Positions 1 through 14,400 of a stretch of 64,000 nt of DNA are shown here, one piece after another (positions within the stretch are counted from its first letter, which is position 1; every line of letters begins with the position of its first letter). Under the pieces are notes generated by a model. That model had not been told where the DNA came from, made no database searches, and saw only the letters and a program-made list of their open reading frames with translations. The DNA is from Callorhinchus milii (Eukaryota), in contig NW_024704742.1 of the NCBI RefSeq assembly GCF_018977255.1, positions 70,000,001 to 70,064,000 of the forward strand. The letters run 5' to 3'. Made by a program: the position numbers and the translations under genes.

Positions 1-125
1 GGTGCGGTCTCACCAGGGCCCTATACAATTGCAGCAAGACTTCCCTACTCTTGTACTCTAACCCCTTTGCAATAAACGCTAACATCTTATTAGCCTTTCT
101 AATTGCTTGCTGTACCTGTATACTA
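1..125 (-). mobile_element. CR1-clade LINE fragment (C-terminal RT region), cut by the window edge
   Basis: Minus strand reads QVQQAIRKANKMLAFIAKGLEYKSREVLLQLYRALVRPH, typical CR1 ORF2 text. Confidence 0.8.
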
Positions 126-3100
126 ACTTCCATTCCTTGCAAAGGAAAATCACCAAAGAAATTAAAACCATTCTCGCTATCCCTTGACAGGGTGTGAGAT
201 TCCTTCCCGCAAGCGATTGATTTTAAATGCGGAAGCATTCTTTTGCAATTTCAAGTTCAACCTGAGTTCAACTTTGCTTTGGGGAGTGCCAACCAGTGCC
301 TTGGCTGTGTGTGAAAGTTGGTTTAATTTTAATTGAGTCTGGCTGGCACTCTGTAACATGTGCTGAAATATCCAGATAAGGAAATTAGTCCTCATTAAAG
401 CAAAGAGATTTATGGACCTGCTTTCAGATGGAACTGGATAGACGCCGGTCTATTGAACAATGCAGCGGCAATCGACATTGTGGTTCTGAAATTCCATCTT
501 CTCTGAAACTTGTTGCTAGGTGGACAAGTGGCAGGTCTGCAACAGTGGGATGGAGGCATTAGAGGGGGGTAAGAGGGTGTTTGGGAAATCCCTTGATCCT
601 TGAGAAAATTGTGATGCCATAATCTTTGAGATAGGTGAGGTAAAACAAAGGATTCATGACAGAAACTCTTTCTGCACCCACCCCCCTCCCTCCGTGCCAT
701 CACCCATTCCACCTTCCCCAACCTCCGTCACATCGCTCGGCTCCACCACTGCCTCTCCCCTCAGGCATCCAGGCTCAACCATACTTGAGCCTGTTTGTTG
801 GTCTTCCCAACTCTTCCCTCTACAAGCTTTAGATTATTCAGAACTCTGCAGCTTGTGTTCTCTCCGCACCAGCCTCCATGACCCTGTCACACCATCCTTA
901 CCTGACTCCACTGGCTCCCCATCCCCCAGCGGATAGAGTTCAAAATCCTCAAATGGCTGCCGCATTCGCCCACAATGTGATGTGGTCAATTCACTTTACA
1001 GTCCAATCTGTGAAGCGCTTTAAGATGTTGAGAAGACGTGAAAAGTGCTATATCAAATGGAAGGATTATTATTATTATATAGCGCCTTATCACGTCATTG
1101 AGGCGTCTCAAAGCGCTTCACACAATATGCTGTAAAGTGAATTGACTGACAATTGCCAATTGCGCACAGCAGTGTCCCCACAAACAGTTGTGGATTGAGT
1201 GACCAAATTATTATTTAATTTTTTTAAAGGGATTATTAACTCTGGAAAACGATCTGCCAAAGGACAAACAAGCCGGTTTGTACATACTCCTAAGTAAACA
1301 GAGGCGTGTGGAGTAAGGAAACGTGCCTAAGTTTTCGTCCTGCCTAGGAATCAAATCCAAGTCCTCTCACTTGCGAGGCAAGTGCTCTCACCATTGTGTT
1401 ACAGGACTCCAGATCTGAGTTATTATTGTGAATTATCATAAACAGTGCAAGGACTGACCTAAAGTTCTTCACGTACAGCTTGTGTTATTTTTATAATCCT
1501 TGCATTTTTCATATAGCGTCTTATCACGGGTTTGAGGCATCTCAAAACTCTTCACAGAATATATTGTAAAGTGAATTGACTGTATTTTGTGGGAGAAAAC
1601 GTGGCAGTCAATTGCACACAGCAGTGTCCCACAAACAATGAGTGAGTCCCACTCAATCCACTTTTAGTCCCACAACAGAGCAGCAGACTACCCTTGGGTT
1701 ACAGTGACAGCTCGTCATTTCAGACAGGATGAGCGCCATGAACACAGAAACCCGTCGCCATGCTTAAAGAGTCAGGTTTGCCTACAAAACGCACGGTCAC
1801 TGCAGCCCCTTGGGACGTCCTCCTGACGTGAAAGGCGCTATATAAATGCAACTTGTTGTTGTTATTTATATTGAGGAGCACTCCCAACGTGAATAGCACC
1901 ACATCAGATGTAAGGAATTTTTGTTTTGTTCAGCTGGGTGTCTGACACATGTAGAAACCCATCACCGTGCTTAAGAGAATCAAAACCAACTGAGAATTCC
2001 ATGCATCCCACTTACATGTGGAAATTCCCAAATGTATTTATTGGAATACAATGCACAATCTCTCCCAGTTACCTAAATCTGGAGAATATTAGGGGCGGGT
2101 TGGCAAAATCCGAGGCTTGGGAACCCCAGAGTGTGCGTTGAGGTAACTGCTGGATTCTAACCAGCTAAAACTTCACACCACTTGTCCAGCGAGGACCACC
2201 TTTCCCATTAGGGCTTTGATGGGCAGGGATAACAGTATGCTACTGGGAAAAATCCCAGCCCCAGTGACTGGTCTGGCCTTCCCAGTCCAACTTATGAGTT
2301 AGGCTGTTCCATCATTGACTTTGTCTTTGAGTACAGCGGATGTGCTTGGCTCAGCAACCCACCACTACAGAGACCCACACGGAGGATTAGGTTGAGTTCT
2401 AATCTACCCTTGACAGGCTTGTCAGAGTTTTAATACAATACAATCCAAATTACATTTGTAAAGCACCTTTCACGTTGGGAGGACGTCCCAAAGCAGACAT
2501 GTTTTAACATGTCCTCCTGTACATTGTTTGAAATGAGAAGGGAGATTCTCCTGCTGTCCTGGTTACCAATCAGATAAAAGTGGTCATTCACTTCACTACT
2601 GTTTGTGACGATCTTATTAGGCACTATACCAAATGAAAAGACTATTATGAGCAATAGTGTAGTACTGCAGAGGAACTAGCTATAACAATTTTTGGCTGGA
2701 TTTAATATTTTTTCTAAATTCTGCTCAACCTTATCAACCTTAAATTTTAAGACAATGTGGCGTTGAGGCCAGGAGAACTCCAATTTCTGAAGCTTCCTGT
2801 TAGTAGACAGCTATATTTTTTCCCGCAATTAGGCGATGTGACAACATGAATCAGAGCAAATATAACAAGTTCAGATGTCTCCTGAGACTGACACAGGTGT
2901 TTTTAGAGAACTCAATGCTCTGATGCTTTTGCACATGATGCTGCAGTAAAAGGCACAGTAATGATTGCTCTCAAAGCCCAGGGTCAACAATTGTCAGTCG
3001 GCAGCATTCTAGATTAGATGGTTGCGAGTTCAATCCCTACATCAGAACATTGGTTAGTGCTGTCTCCTCTGGGTTTGAAGGTTGTGGTTTCAAGTCTCAC

Positions 3101-3133
3101 ATCAAGATCTTGAACTCACAACAACAACACTGT

Positions 3134-3482
3134 GGAGGCCTGTACTGTAGTGGTTAGAGCACTCCTCTCACAAGCGAGAGAACCTGAGTTCGATTCCTGG
3201 ACAGGGTGAAACCTTAGGCAAGTGACCTTACTCCACACACCTCTGTTTACCTAGCAGTAAGTAGGAACCTGTTTGTTAGTCAATTAGTGGATCGCTTTCT
3301 GAGGGAAATAATTCATTAAAAATATGTGGTTACTCAATCCACGACTGTTTGTGGGATACTGCTGTGTGCTATTGGCTGCCGTGTACAGTCAATTCACTTT
3401 ACAGTATATTCTGTGAAGTGCTTTGAGATGTCTCAACAACATGATAAGCCTATATCAAATGCAAGGATTATTATAATTATTA
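3134..3482 (+). mobile_element. tRNA-derived SINE, family A (representative of dozens of copies)
   Basis: A-box gtagtggttagagc, B-box gagttcgattcc, conserved body ccttactccacac..ctgtttgtggga..cagtcaattcactttacag, L2-like 3' stem-loop, (ATT)n tail. Confidence 0.88.
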
Positions 3483-4716
3483 ACAACAACAATTTGGATT
3501 TACACAGTGCCCTTCACACGGGTAGCATCTTGGAGCGCTTAACAGTGGCAAAGCTTGACACTGAGCTAGGGAGAGAGGGGAGGTGACTGTAGGCACGGTT
3601 AAAGAGGAAGGTCTTCAGGTATGATCTGAAGACTGAGGTGAGGCAGAGAGATTGAGGCAGAGAGTACCTGAGTTGGTTGACATGTCACCAGCCTGGCTAA
3701 CATTCCAGGGCAGTGCTGGGTGGAGCACTGTATTGCCAGAGGTCTGTCCTTTCAATGAGACATTGAACTGAGGTCCCATTTGCCTGTTCCTCAGGTGGCT
3801 GTTAAAATTCCTTCACACTGTTGGAAAAGAGAAAAGGTTTTTCTCCTGGGGTCTTCACAACCAATCCTCCAGATAAATTGGCTCTTTAGCTCCTGGCTGC
3901 TGGTGGGATCTTGCTGGGTAAAGGTGACAGCTCCATTTGGTCAACAAATAAACAGTCACTGCACTTGACTACAAAGTAATAATCCTTTCATGATTTACCG
4001 CCTTATCACGTTGAAACATCTCAAACACTTCTGTAAAGTGCAGCAACTGTATATTTTGTAGGTGAACAAGGCAGTTAGTTCTGCACACAGCAATGTCACT
4101 CAGACAGCCATAGAGTGAGTGATCAATTTTATCTGGAGGATTGTCAGGAGAGGGAAACTCCTTTTTCATTCTGAATAGTGTCATAGGAGTTTTAATATCC
4201 ACCTGAATAGGCACTGATGGGACCTCAGTTTAATGTCTCATCCAAATGACCACATCTCCGACAAAATGATTTGCAAGAGTACATGACATGATGCAGTGAT
4301 CGCCGTTACAATTTCAATGCAGTGCTTAGAGATGTTTCGCTGTTACAGGCACCTTATATTTACATTGATATATAGCGTTGGGAGGACGTCCCAAAGTATT
4401 TGCGAGCCCTGGCTTGGCACCCGAGCTGGGGGTGAAAGTGTAAGTGGGTGTGTGTGAGGAGGGGATAGGTGACGGAGAGCTCCGTCTTCAGGCAATCCTT
4501 GAACGAGGGATGGGAGGGAGCGAGTTGGAGAGATTCTGCAATGGAATTCCAGAGATGTGAAATACAAGTGTTATTTTATTCATTATTAAGCATTGATATT
4601 AACCCTGCATTGGAAGATTCTCGCAGACAGAGTCTAATTTATGCCCAGTGTCCGTCTGGCTTTTGGGATCTTATTATTTTCACAGTAAAAAAACATTTGA
4701 ACTCCTTGTGACATCT

Positions 4717-5579
4717 TGACCATCTGCGACCAGGGCTCCCTCTGCCTCCTCGTCCTCCTCGACCTATCAGCCGCATTTGATACGGTCGACCACGCTGTTC
4801 CTCCTCCACCGCTTGTCCTCTCACCTCAACTTCAAGGCCCAGTCCTTGAGTGGTTTAGGTCGTACCTCTCCCACCATCTTCATTTTGTTTCCACAAATGG
4901 CTTTCCCTCCAGCCCCCGCACTGTCTCGTGCGGTGTCCCTCAGGGCTCTGTCCTCGGTCCCCTCCTCTTCACCCTCTATATGCTCCCCCTTGGTGACATC
5001 ATCCGCAGATATGGGGTTAACTTCCACTGTATGCGGCTGACACCCAACTCTATTTTTCCTCCTCTACCCTCAACTCCACGACCCCCGATGTCCTGACAGT
5101 CTGCCTGTCCGACATCGAGTCCTGGACGAGAGACAACTTTCTTCAGCTCAACGTGTGCAAAACCGAGGCCCTCCTGATTGGCTCATGTCAGCGCCTCCGC
5201 ATCTCAGGCGCTGACAGCATCAGCATCCAAGGCTGCGCTCTCCACCTCTCAAAGCCGGTCAGGAACCTCGGCGTTCTGTTTGACCCTGAGCTGTCCTTTC
5301 TCCCTCATATCCGCGCCACAACTGGCACCGCCTTCCATCACCTCCGGAATATCGCCAGACTACGGCACTACCTCACCCCTCACTCTGCTGAAACTCTGGT
5401 CCACGCCTTTATCACCTCAAGGCTGGACTATGGGAACTCTCTCCTCCCCGGCCTTCCCGGCACCTCCCTCCACAACTGCAGGTCATTCAGAGCTCTGCAG
5501 CTCGTGTACTGTCCCGCACCAGACACCGCGACCACATCACTCCCACCCTCGCTCGCCTCCACTGGCTCCCCATCCTCAG
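4717..5579 (+). mobile_element. L2-clade LINE internal fragment (RT), frameshifted
   Basis: [23 protein letters not shown] and NLGVLFD motifs; near-identical to about 27336-28200. Confidence 0.92.
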
Positions 5580-8350
5580 TGCTGATAGCAGGGTTCTTCA
5601 TTTCAATTAATTTACTGTGTAAATCTCTGTTTTTCTTTCAAACCATCTGTTTTTTATAGTCTGACCTTGGCAACATTGGAGGTGGTAGGTCTGTCTGGGA
5701 GGGAGCTTGTAGACATGGCAATCACAGTGTACAGCTTCATTGCTGTTATCTCATGATGGATGTAATGGATTAATGCACGGGGTTGAGTTTGGGTTTGCAG
5801 CTTGATACAGTCCACCGTGGAGTCTCTTCAACTCGCTCCCTCGCGTGTGGAGTAAGGAAACTTGCCTAAGGTTTCTCCCCACTTGGGAATCGAACCCGGA
5901 TCCTCTTGCTTGCGAGTGCTCTAAAATTTATAACAGATAGACCTTTAAAGAAGACCTGAGTATTTCCAAAGGTTTGACATTTTTGAGTGCACAGCAATTG
6001 TTCCTATGACCATTAATTTTCACAATACTGTACAACTGTGCACAAATCCATAAATATCCTAACTTACAGAAGATATCCTCCTGATTTGAAAAATGCAATT
6101 TAAATATAGTTGTATTGCAATTTCCTTCCCCTTCCCCCCACTGTACCACCACTCCCCACCTACTGGCATCTTGGACCGAGAACAGTGATGTGGGCTGGGT
6201 GGGAGATTGGGGCGGGAGTCAACTCTATCCCCTATATGTTAGACATTGCTGGAGAACTGAAAGACAAGAAATTTTTGAACACAATGAGAGACTGTCTGTC
6301 AGCACAGGTAGATAGAGGGAGTACCATGTGTGGTCTCTTCACTAAAAGTTTCCATTCACTGTCAAAGCTGCTATCAACAAGTCTAACTGAAGGCTGAGAG
6401 CCATCTCAAGGGCATTTCACTATAAGACAAACAAGTGACTCTAGCCTTGTGCAGCAGATTACCAGCAGAAGGAGCTGATAGGTTCCCTCATTTTAAAGTA
6501 AAATATATATATAGAACTGAATAAGTATTTAAGGTTTCATTTGCCACATAACATTTCAAAGAGCCTCGTGGGGAATTGCTGTCAAGTGTAGTGACTGTGT
6601 ATTGATAATAACAATGCTTGCATTTGATATAGCGCCTCATCACGTCATCGTGACATCTCAAAGCGCTTCATAGGATATACAGTATAAAGTGGATTGACTG
6701 TATTTGGTGGGTGAAATGCGGCAGCCAATTACACACCACAGTGTCCCACAAACAGTCGTGCGTTGAGTGACGACATTTTTTGCACGCTCGCCAATACGCT
6801 ACAGGACTCCACAATTATGGAGACATTTGGGAGCTAATTACTGAACAGTGATTTTCAGTGTTGCCAGCCTGTCGCCGAATGAGTTAAGTCTGACTGTGAA
6901 CCCATCGCCATTATTAATCCACCAAAGATTGTTGGACTTGTGGAATGCACAATGTCTTGCTAAGGCTAAACCAGTTTCGAACTTTTGCCGAATTCTGGAC
7001 TGATATGTGATACGCTGTAAATAACTCCCCCATATTATCGTGTGGTTGATCAACTTTCACAGCCATTTCAATAGGTTACCTTGGTTACCATTCACTCTCT
7101 GAAACCACTAAAAAACCATACCTCATCCCTTCGTTACATACAACCCTGGCCTCCCAGCGAGAAATAGTTGTGAATAGCTGGAATGCCCAATTCGCCTACA
7201 AAAATATACAGTCAATTCACTTTACAGTACGTTCTATGAAGCACTTTGTACCAAATGCAAGGATTATTATTATTATTATTCTCTCAGACACCAAAATGTT
7301 ACAGGCTCAGTGTGGTCAGTTTAATGGTGCAATAATTCCAATTTACAAAGCTGTGTTGTGAGCTTTGATATGGCAAACTGTGTGCAGTTTTAGTCATTAA
7401 TCTTCAGCATTTACTCACACACAACCATGGCTCTTGCCAACTGACCTGCATCGGGACTTCAACTCACATAGTCTAAGCTGACACCAATGCAGTGCTGGGG
7501 GGTGTTGCATTGTCAGAGGTGCAGTCTTTCAGATGAGACATTAAACCGAGATTCAGTCTGATGTTCACGTGGACGTTAAAGATCCCATGGTACCATTCAA
7601 AAACGAAAAGGAAATTTCTCTCTCCCAGGGTCCTGGTCAACAATCCCCCAAATAAAATTGCTCATCTGTTTCATGGCGGTTTGTGGGTTACTGCTGTGTG
7701 CAACTGGCTGCTGCGTTTCACCCACAATTTACACAGTCAACCACTTTACAGTAAAAGTCCTGTGAAGGCTTTGAGACATCTTGACTGTGCAGTGTAGGTA
7801 TTTTTGTGGGTGAAACATGGCAGCCGATTTACGCATGGCGACCACCCACAAAGAACCTAAACCGAGTGAACAATTTTATTTGTGTGGGGAGAGGTAGAGT
7901 GCGGAAATTGTTAATAATAATAATAATCCTTGCATTTGATATAGCGCTTTTCACGTCTTCTTGACGTCTCAAAGCGCTTCACAGAATAGACTGTAAAGTG
8001 AATTGACCGTATATTTGTGGGCAAATCCTGTTGACCAGGATACAAACACATGTTTTCTCTCATTTTAATAATCACAATCCTTGCATTTGGTATGGCGCCT
8101 TATCATGTCGGAAGGACGTCTCAAAGCACTTCACAGGATTTACTGTGAAAAGAAGTGACTGTGTATTCGTAGGCAAACACGGTGGACAGTTGCGCACAGC
8201 AGTGTCACACAAACAGTCACTCATGGAGTGAGTTTTTATCAATTTTACCAATTTTGTTTTGTATTTTTTCTTTGAAAAAAAAGAGCAATATCTTGGCAAT
8301 ATTTCCTACCTCAGTTTGTTGTATTTTGGGGGTTTGATTGTTTGTGTGTA

Positions 8351-8385
<35 letters not shown>

Positions 8386-9072
8386 TTGAGAGTATGTGTT
8401 TGTGTTGTAAAGAGATGGAGGTTAGGACCCAGGGGTGTGGGTTTTGGGGGCTGGCACTCTGGCAGTATTTCAAGTCAGTTTCACTTTGCTTAGAAACTCT
8501 TTTGATGTGAGAGAGAGAGACAGAGAGACACGCTGGGATGTGCATGAGGGAGTGATGGAGCATCTCTCAAGTTGCAGTTAGAGTGGATACACTGCGATGG
8601 AGAGAGAGGGAGATTTGCAATTGCAGACAAGTGGTGAGAAAGAGAGGGAGAGAGATCTTAAAGATCTCTTAAAACTCGTGGTGAACCAAGAGTTGTGGTT
8701 TTAAGTCATATAAATGAATAGATGCAAACATATTAATGGGGGGGGGGGGGAATGGGGAAGTTTAATCTTATAGATATTTTAGAACAGTCTAGAATTTTGC
8801 AAATGATTTATTTGCAGAATGAAACTTGGGTGAAAGTATAATGCATGGTGGAAAGAAAAAGTGTGTGGGGAGTGGGGGGGGGGGGGGGGGGGGGGGAGGA
8901 CTTTTTTCTCTCTCTTGTTTCTGTTTGTTTCCTCTTTCCTTTTTTCCCCTCTCTCTCTCTGTATCATTCTCTCACTGTTTCTTTCTCTCTCCTATTCATT
9001 TTACACAGTGCTGCCCTACCTCTTGCCTTTGAGATGTAGAGGAATTGTATCCAATTGTTTATCTCTATTTGA

Positions 9073-9391
9073 AATAATAATAATCCTTGCATTTGATATA
9101 GCGCTTTTTCACGTCGGGAGGCCGTCCCAAAGCGCTTCACAGAACACACTGTAAAGTGAATTGACTGTATATTTGTGGGCGAACGCGGCAGCCAATTGCG
9201 CACAGCAATGTCCCACAAACAGTCGTAGATTGAAAATGACCAATTTATTATTGTTTTTGGTTTTGGAGGGATTATTATTAGGCTCTGTGTGGAGTAAGGA
9301 AATTTGCCCAAGGTTTCGCCCTCTGCCTGGAATTGAACTCAGGTCTCTCACTTGCAAAGCGAGTGCTCTAACCACTGAGCTACAGGACTCC
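9073..9391 (-). mobile_element. Family A SINE, young internally deleted subfamily
   Basis: Near-identical reverse complement of 42123-42440; tRNA-Ala(TGC)-like anticodon arm. Confidence 0.9.
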
Positions 9392-9649
9392 TCAATGTCC
9401 CATTCACTAACTGGAGCAAATTTGTTCCCCCCCCCCAAACAAAAAAAAAACCCCAATGTATTGCAAACTTCTCCCCCCAGTAGGATCACTGGGTGGCTGG
9501 AGGGAGAGACTGTAGCAAAAGAGGATGTGAAAGGATACACTCAGAGGAGAGAAAGAGTGTAACAGTATCAGTTTTAACACCTTGTCTTTGAGGAAACCAC
9601 ATGTTTAGGGGAAACTGGATTCATTGTATCTAATGGTGTTAAAGGTCTC

Positions 9650-9950
9650 ACAGAGAAAGATAAGGGAGAAGGGGGAGAGAGAGAAAGAGAAAAGGGGGAG
9701 GAAGAGAGAGAGAGAGAGAGAAAGGGGAGGGAGGGAGAAAGGGAGAGAGAGAGAGAAAAAAGGGGGAGGAAGAGAGAGAAAGAGAGAAAAAGGGGAGGAA
9801 GGAAGAGATAGAGAGAGAGAAAGGGGAGGGAGGGGGAGAGAGAGAGAGAAAAGGGGAGAGAGAGAGAGAGAGAGAGAGAAAAGGGGGAGGAAGAGAGAGA
9901 GAAAATGGGGGGAGGGAGAGAAGGGGGGAGAAAGTGGGGGGGGTGGGGCA
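9650..9950. repeat. Almost pure purine (GA)n/G-run compound microsatellite
   Basis: Repeats of gagagagagaaaagggggagg. Confidence 0.95.
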
Positions 9951-11369
9951 GTGTACATTTATTGCCATGTTGTGAGTGCAGAGTTTGGAAGGATTTACAG
10001 TAGTAAAGAGGAAGTTACTGTCTGAGTGTGATATCTTTCTCATTGAGGGCTGATGTGGTGTTAATGTGTGAAGCGCTCTGGGACGCTGCCCTGTGTGAGG
10101 GGCGCTATATAAATGCAACTTGTTAATGTGTGCTGGTGCTCGATGAGAGGTGTCTGGGGGCTCATTCAGGGGTCTGGGGTCCAGCGTCTTGGGACATCCT
10201 TCCGACTTGAAAGGTGCTATACAAATGTAATTTGTTGCTGTTGTTGTGCCAGGTGCCCTCTGTGACCTCAGTTTACTTGACCATAGCAGGGACGTTGAGA
10301 CAGAATCAGGAATAAACTTCTTAATAGGCAACTACACAAATTATTTCCTTGAAAAGTAAAAATAATAATAATCCTTGCATTTGAAATAGTGATTTATCAC
10401 ATTGCTGAGACATCTCAAAGTGCTTCACAGGATATACTATATAAAGTGAATTGACTATATATTTTGTGGGCGAAACATGGCAGCCAATTGCGCACAGCAG
10501 TGTCCCACAAACAGTCATGGATGGAGTGACCAACATTTTTTTATTTATCGTTTGGAGGGATTATTACTCCTGGAAAGTAATCTGCCGATTGACTAACAAC
10601 CAGGTTCCTACTTACTGCCTAAGGTTTCGCCCCCCACAGGAATCGAACCAGAATTGGAAAAAAAACTTCTTAAAAGGCAATAGACAAATTATTTCTTTGA
10701 AAATTAAATATACTGTAATAATGATCCTTACTTGTGGTATAGTGGGATGGACAGCGTAAAGTGCTTCACAGGATATACTGTAATGACTGTGTAATTTTTG
10801 CGCAAAACATGGCAGCTAATTTTTGCACAGCCCAGAGGCAATGTCCCCTGGATGAGACGTTACACTCAGTTTCTGTCTGTAGCTGTTCAGGTGGTCATTA
10901 AAGATCCTTTTCTTTAATGACTTCTTTTCGAAAAGAAAAAGGAGTTTCTCTCTCCAGGTGTCCTAGCTGACAATACCCCCAGATAAAACTGGTCACTCAC
11001 TCCATGGGCTGTTTCTGGAACATTGCTATGTGCAAATAAGCTGTTGTGTTTGCCTACAAAATACACAGTCACTACACTTTACAGTATATCCAAAGAACCG
11101 CTTTGAGATATCTTCATGGTGTGATAAGACACTGTATCAAATGCAACAATTATTTTTATTACTATTAATAATATTACCCAAATCTATTCACAGTGATGGA
11201 GATTGGTGATTGCTGTGACTTGGTGTGGGTACAGTAGGTCAAAGTATAAGGGATGGGTGAGGCAGGGGGCGGGGTTTGGAGGCATTTGAGTCTCATTAAA
11301 ATCAAATATAATTTTATTACAAGATGAAATTCCGCTTTCTTTTTTGATTCAGACACCCCAGCCCCAGCC

Positions 11370-11403
11370 ATGTCTGCGAATGGATATTTCTATCAGGAAA
11401 GTG
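11370..11403 (+). CDS. SLC4A11: SLC4A11-like coding exon 1 ([11 protein letters not shown])
   Basis: gccATG context; resembles human MSQNGYFE; donor G|gtgagt at 11404. An acceptor (ttgattcag|) at 11352 implies a further upstream exon. Confidence 0.8.
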
Positions 11404-14400
11404 GTGAGTGGTTTCTGCTATGTTTCATGTTTTGCATAACTTAGATGCCTCAGACGTGCCTGGGAATTGTTTCCTTCTTCAGAACAGTGTGTCGCCTTGG
11501 CTCAGTGGGTAGCTCTCTCGTGTCATGGGTTCAATCCCCATATCGGGACTTTGAGTTCACAGTCCTTCTCCGGGTGTCCTGGTCAACAATCCCACAGACA
11601 AAACTGATCACTCAATCCACGACCGTTTGTGGGACACTGCTGTGCGCAATTGGCTGCCACATTTCACCCACAAAATAGTCAATTCACTTTACAGATATCT
11701 TTGAGACATCGCAACGATGTGATAAGGGGCTATATCAAATGCAAGGATTATTATTATTAGGACTGTTGACTTCAAAATGTTATGGAATGGTAAGCAGAAA
11801 TTTGGGAAATAATCAAAGTCAATACTAATTGACTGTAAAGTCATGATGTGGCCGGGTATATTGGGGGAGATGGAGAGGAGGAGACCTTTCAGCCTGTCCA
11901 GCCCTATTCCTTCAGTTTATATTGCCGTTCGCCTGCAAGTACACAGTCACTGCACTTCACAGTGAAATCCCACAAAGTATTTTGAGACGTTTATTTTAGT
12001 GGTGATAGGCACATTCAAAGATGGGATTTGAGGTGAAATTTATACAGAATGAGCCTAGGAATTTGTCCGTTGGCGGAGAGTAGGTGCGCAAAAGTCTTTG
12101 GAATTCTTCAGAAGAGTTACCGCCAGAAAAAAACTAGTTACGCATAACTTAAGCTCTTTAAAGTATTTAATGGTCTGTTTTTATTGTGGGGCGTCCATAG
12201 CCTCTGGGTGGAATGTGACCTTTTATACTTTAATACTAATTTTGCTGGATTTCTATTGAGTGCAGATGAGTGTATAAACCAGGCATTGGGGACACGCTGA
12301 CTGTTAACAACAGCAGCAGCAAATTATATTTCTATAGCGTCTTTCACGTCGGGAGGATGTCCCAAGGTGCTGGACAGTCAGGGATTTGAGCCCTGAGCAG
12401 GTGGTTGGATTAAAGAGTAGGGAGGGTAAGAGGGTGACTGAAGGCACAGTTGAAGAGGAAGATCTTGAGATGTACTTTCAAGGAGACAAGGGAGGGATAA
12501 GCTAGAGGGACTGTAGGATGTAGTTCCAAAGTTCTGGGAGCAGAGAGGTTGAAGGCCCGACCACCAATGGTGGGGCAGGCTGGGCCGGGTGGGTGGGTGA
12601 TGTGGAGCAGGCCAAAGCCCGCTGAGCGGAGGGAGCAGACAGGTCTGTAATGGAGTGTTTGTATAAAGATAACAGATCTTTATTCCCCCCTCCCCAGGGA
12701 ATCTGAGATCTGGGAATGAGGAAACCGCGGAGAGCCAAGAGAACGCCCGGGGTGAGATGCATGAGATGGTTAGCGATGATGACATCCGATTCTTTGTCAA
12801 CATGAATGTCAAACTGGACACGAGCATTGATGGTATGTATGGTGCATGTTGACGTGTGTTGGTGAAGTCTGGGGGGATGGTGCTGAGTATACTCACCCAC
12901 ACTAAAATATACTCACACCAGTCCTCACCAGGCTCCACTGGCTCCCTATCATAGAATGGATCGATTTTGAGATCCTCTCACTCATCTACAAATCCCTTCA
13001 TACCCTGGCACCTCCCTACCTCTCTGACCTACTTTCTACCCCACGCTGCGTCCGCTCAGCTAGCTCTGGCCTCCTGCTTGACCCTCATTTCCTCCGCTCC
13101 ACCATCGGTGGCTGCAATTTCAGCCACTACGCCCCGAAGATTTGGAACTCTCCTGTCCAATCCCTCCACCTTTTAGATCACAACTAGAGACCTTCTTTCA
13201 CTGTGTCAGACACTGTATGATGTTACATACAGTGTACCAGTTACTGTACAATTTATTTTGAACAGCCGAGTGTCTGACAAATGCAGAAAGGAATCGCCAT
13301 GCTTAAGAGTATCCAAACCAAACAAGAGTTCCATGCATCCCACCTACATACAGTGTCAGTCACTGCTTGGTATATAGTGTGTAAGTCATTGCTAGATATC
13401 AGTTCAAACATATCGTTTTTATGTAAAGTTGATTCACTTTTCTTGTAAAAATTGAACTTAAAATGAGAGTTAAACACGCAGAACCATTTTGACCTGATCA
13501 GGATAATGTGGCTGTGTGTGCAGTGTGCACGCCTCTCGGGGGACGCTGGGTGCGTTGAGGAAGTTATCAAGTCTCTTTGGTTGAATTGTCTGGGCTATTG
13601 TTCATAGAATGGTCCGGTGATTTGTGTTTTTATTATAAGGGAAAGAACAGCTTGTTGGGTCGACGGATGGGGGGGAGGGGAGAGGGAGGCGGGGAAGGGT
13701 GAAATCTCTCTTGGCAACGGAGCCGATCGATTCCCCTGAGAGCTTGCTCAGTGAATGACTTCCCTGGTCAGAATGGGGACTGAACATTGCACAATGCAGG
13801 GCCATTTCCTCACATTGACTCGCGAGGCATTTCATGTCAATGCTGAGTCGCCGCCAAAACTTTGAAGTGAACGAGAGAGAGTTTCTCCTCTTCTTTTTTC
13901 CCCTTCCTCCACCCTCTTCCCTTCTTCTGTACTCCCCCGCTACCACTACCCCTCCCCTTCCCATCTAAAGGTACGGCACATTAACAAGGCTGATTGTGGT
14001 TGGGATGTGAGTGCAAAAATAAATAATAATAATAATCCTTGCATTTGATATGGCTCCTTATCATGTTGTTGAGATGTCTCAAAGCGCTTCACAGAATATA
14101 CTGTAAAGTGAATTGACTGTCTGTTTTGTGGGTGAAATATAATTAAATACGATAAATAAATAATAATCTTTCCTTCTTTAGAAGACAGAAAGGAATTGCT
14201 GCCAAGTGTAGTGACTGTGTATTCTTTAGCCACCCGCAGCAGCCAATTTGCTCTCAGCAAATGTCCTACAAACGGATGAGATGAGCAACTATTTTTGTTT
14301 ATCCAGGGGATGGTTGACCAGGACACCGGGGTAGGGAGACTCCTCTTTACAAGTAGTTTAATGGGATCTTTAAAGTCCACCTAAACAGGCAGAATGACCT

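Noticed and set aside
410..540. Possible minus-strand exon after an acceptor-like cccactgttgcag
   Set aside because: No frame gave a protein I recognise and there is no convincing partner exon; cannot be supported without a search.
9109..9562. Near-identical 110-140 aa ORFs here and at 42019-42449, suggesting a duplicated small gene
   Set aside because: Both are chance open frames through the same young SINE subfamily.
9605..10331. Long ORFs rich in E/R/G or S/L/P (also 46378-46785, 49884-50391, 50465-51019, 51821-52252)
   Set aside because: Translations of micro/minisatellites with no stop codons by composition; no domain content.
13500..13976. Non-repeat CpG-containing patch ending in a donor-like aag|gtacgg, a possible alternative first exon
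   Set aside because: No in-frame ATG before the donor and no transcript evidence; too speculative.
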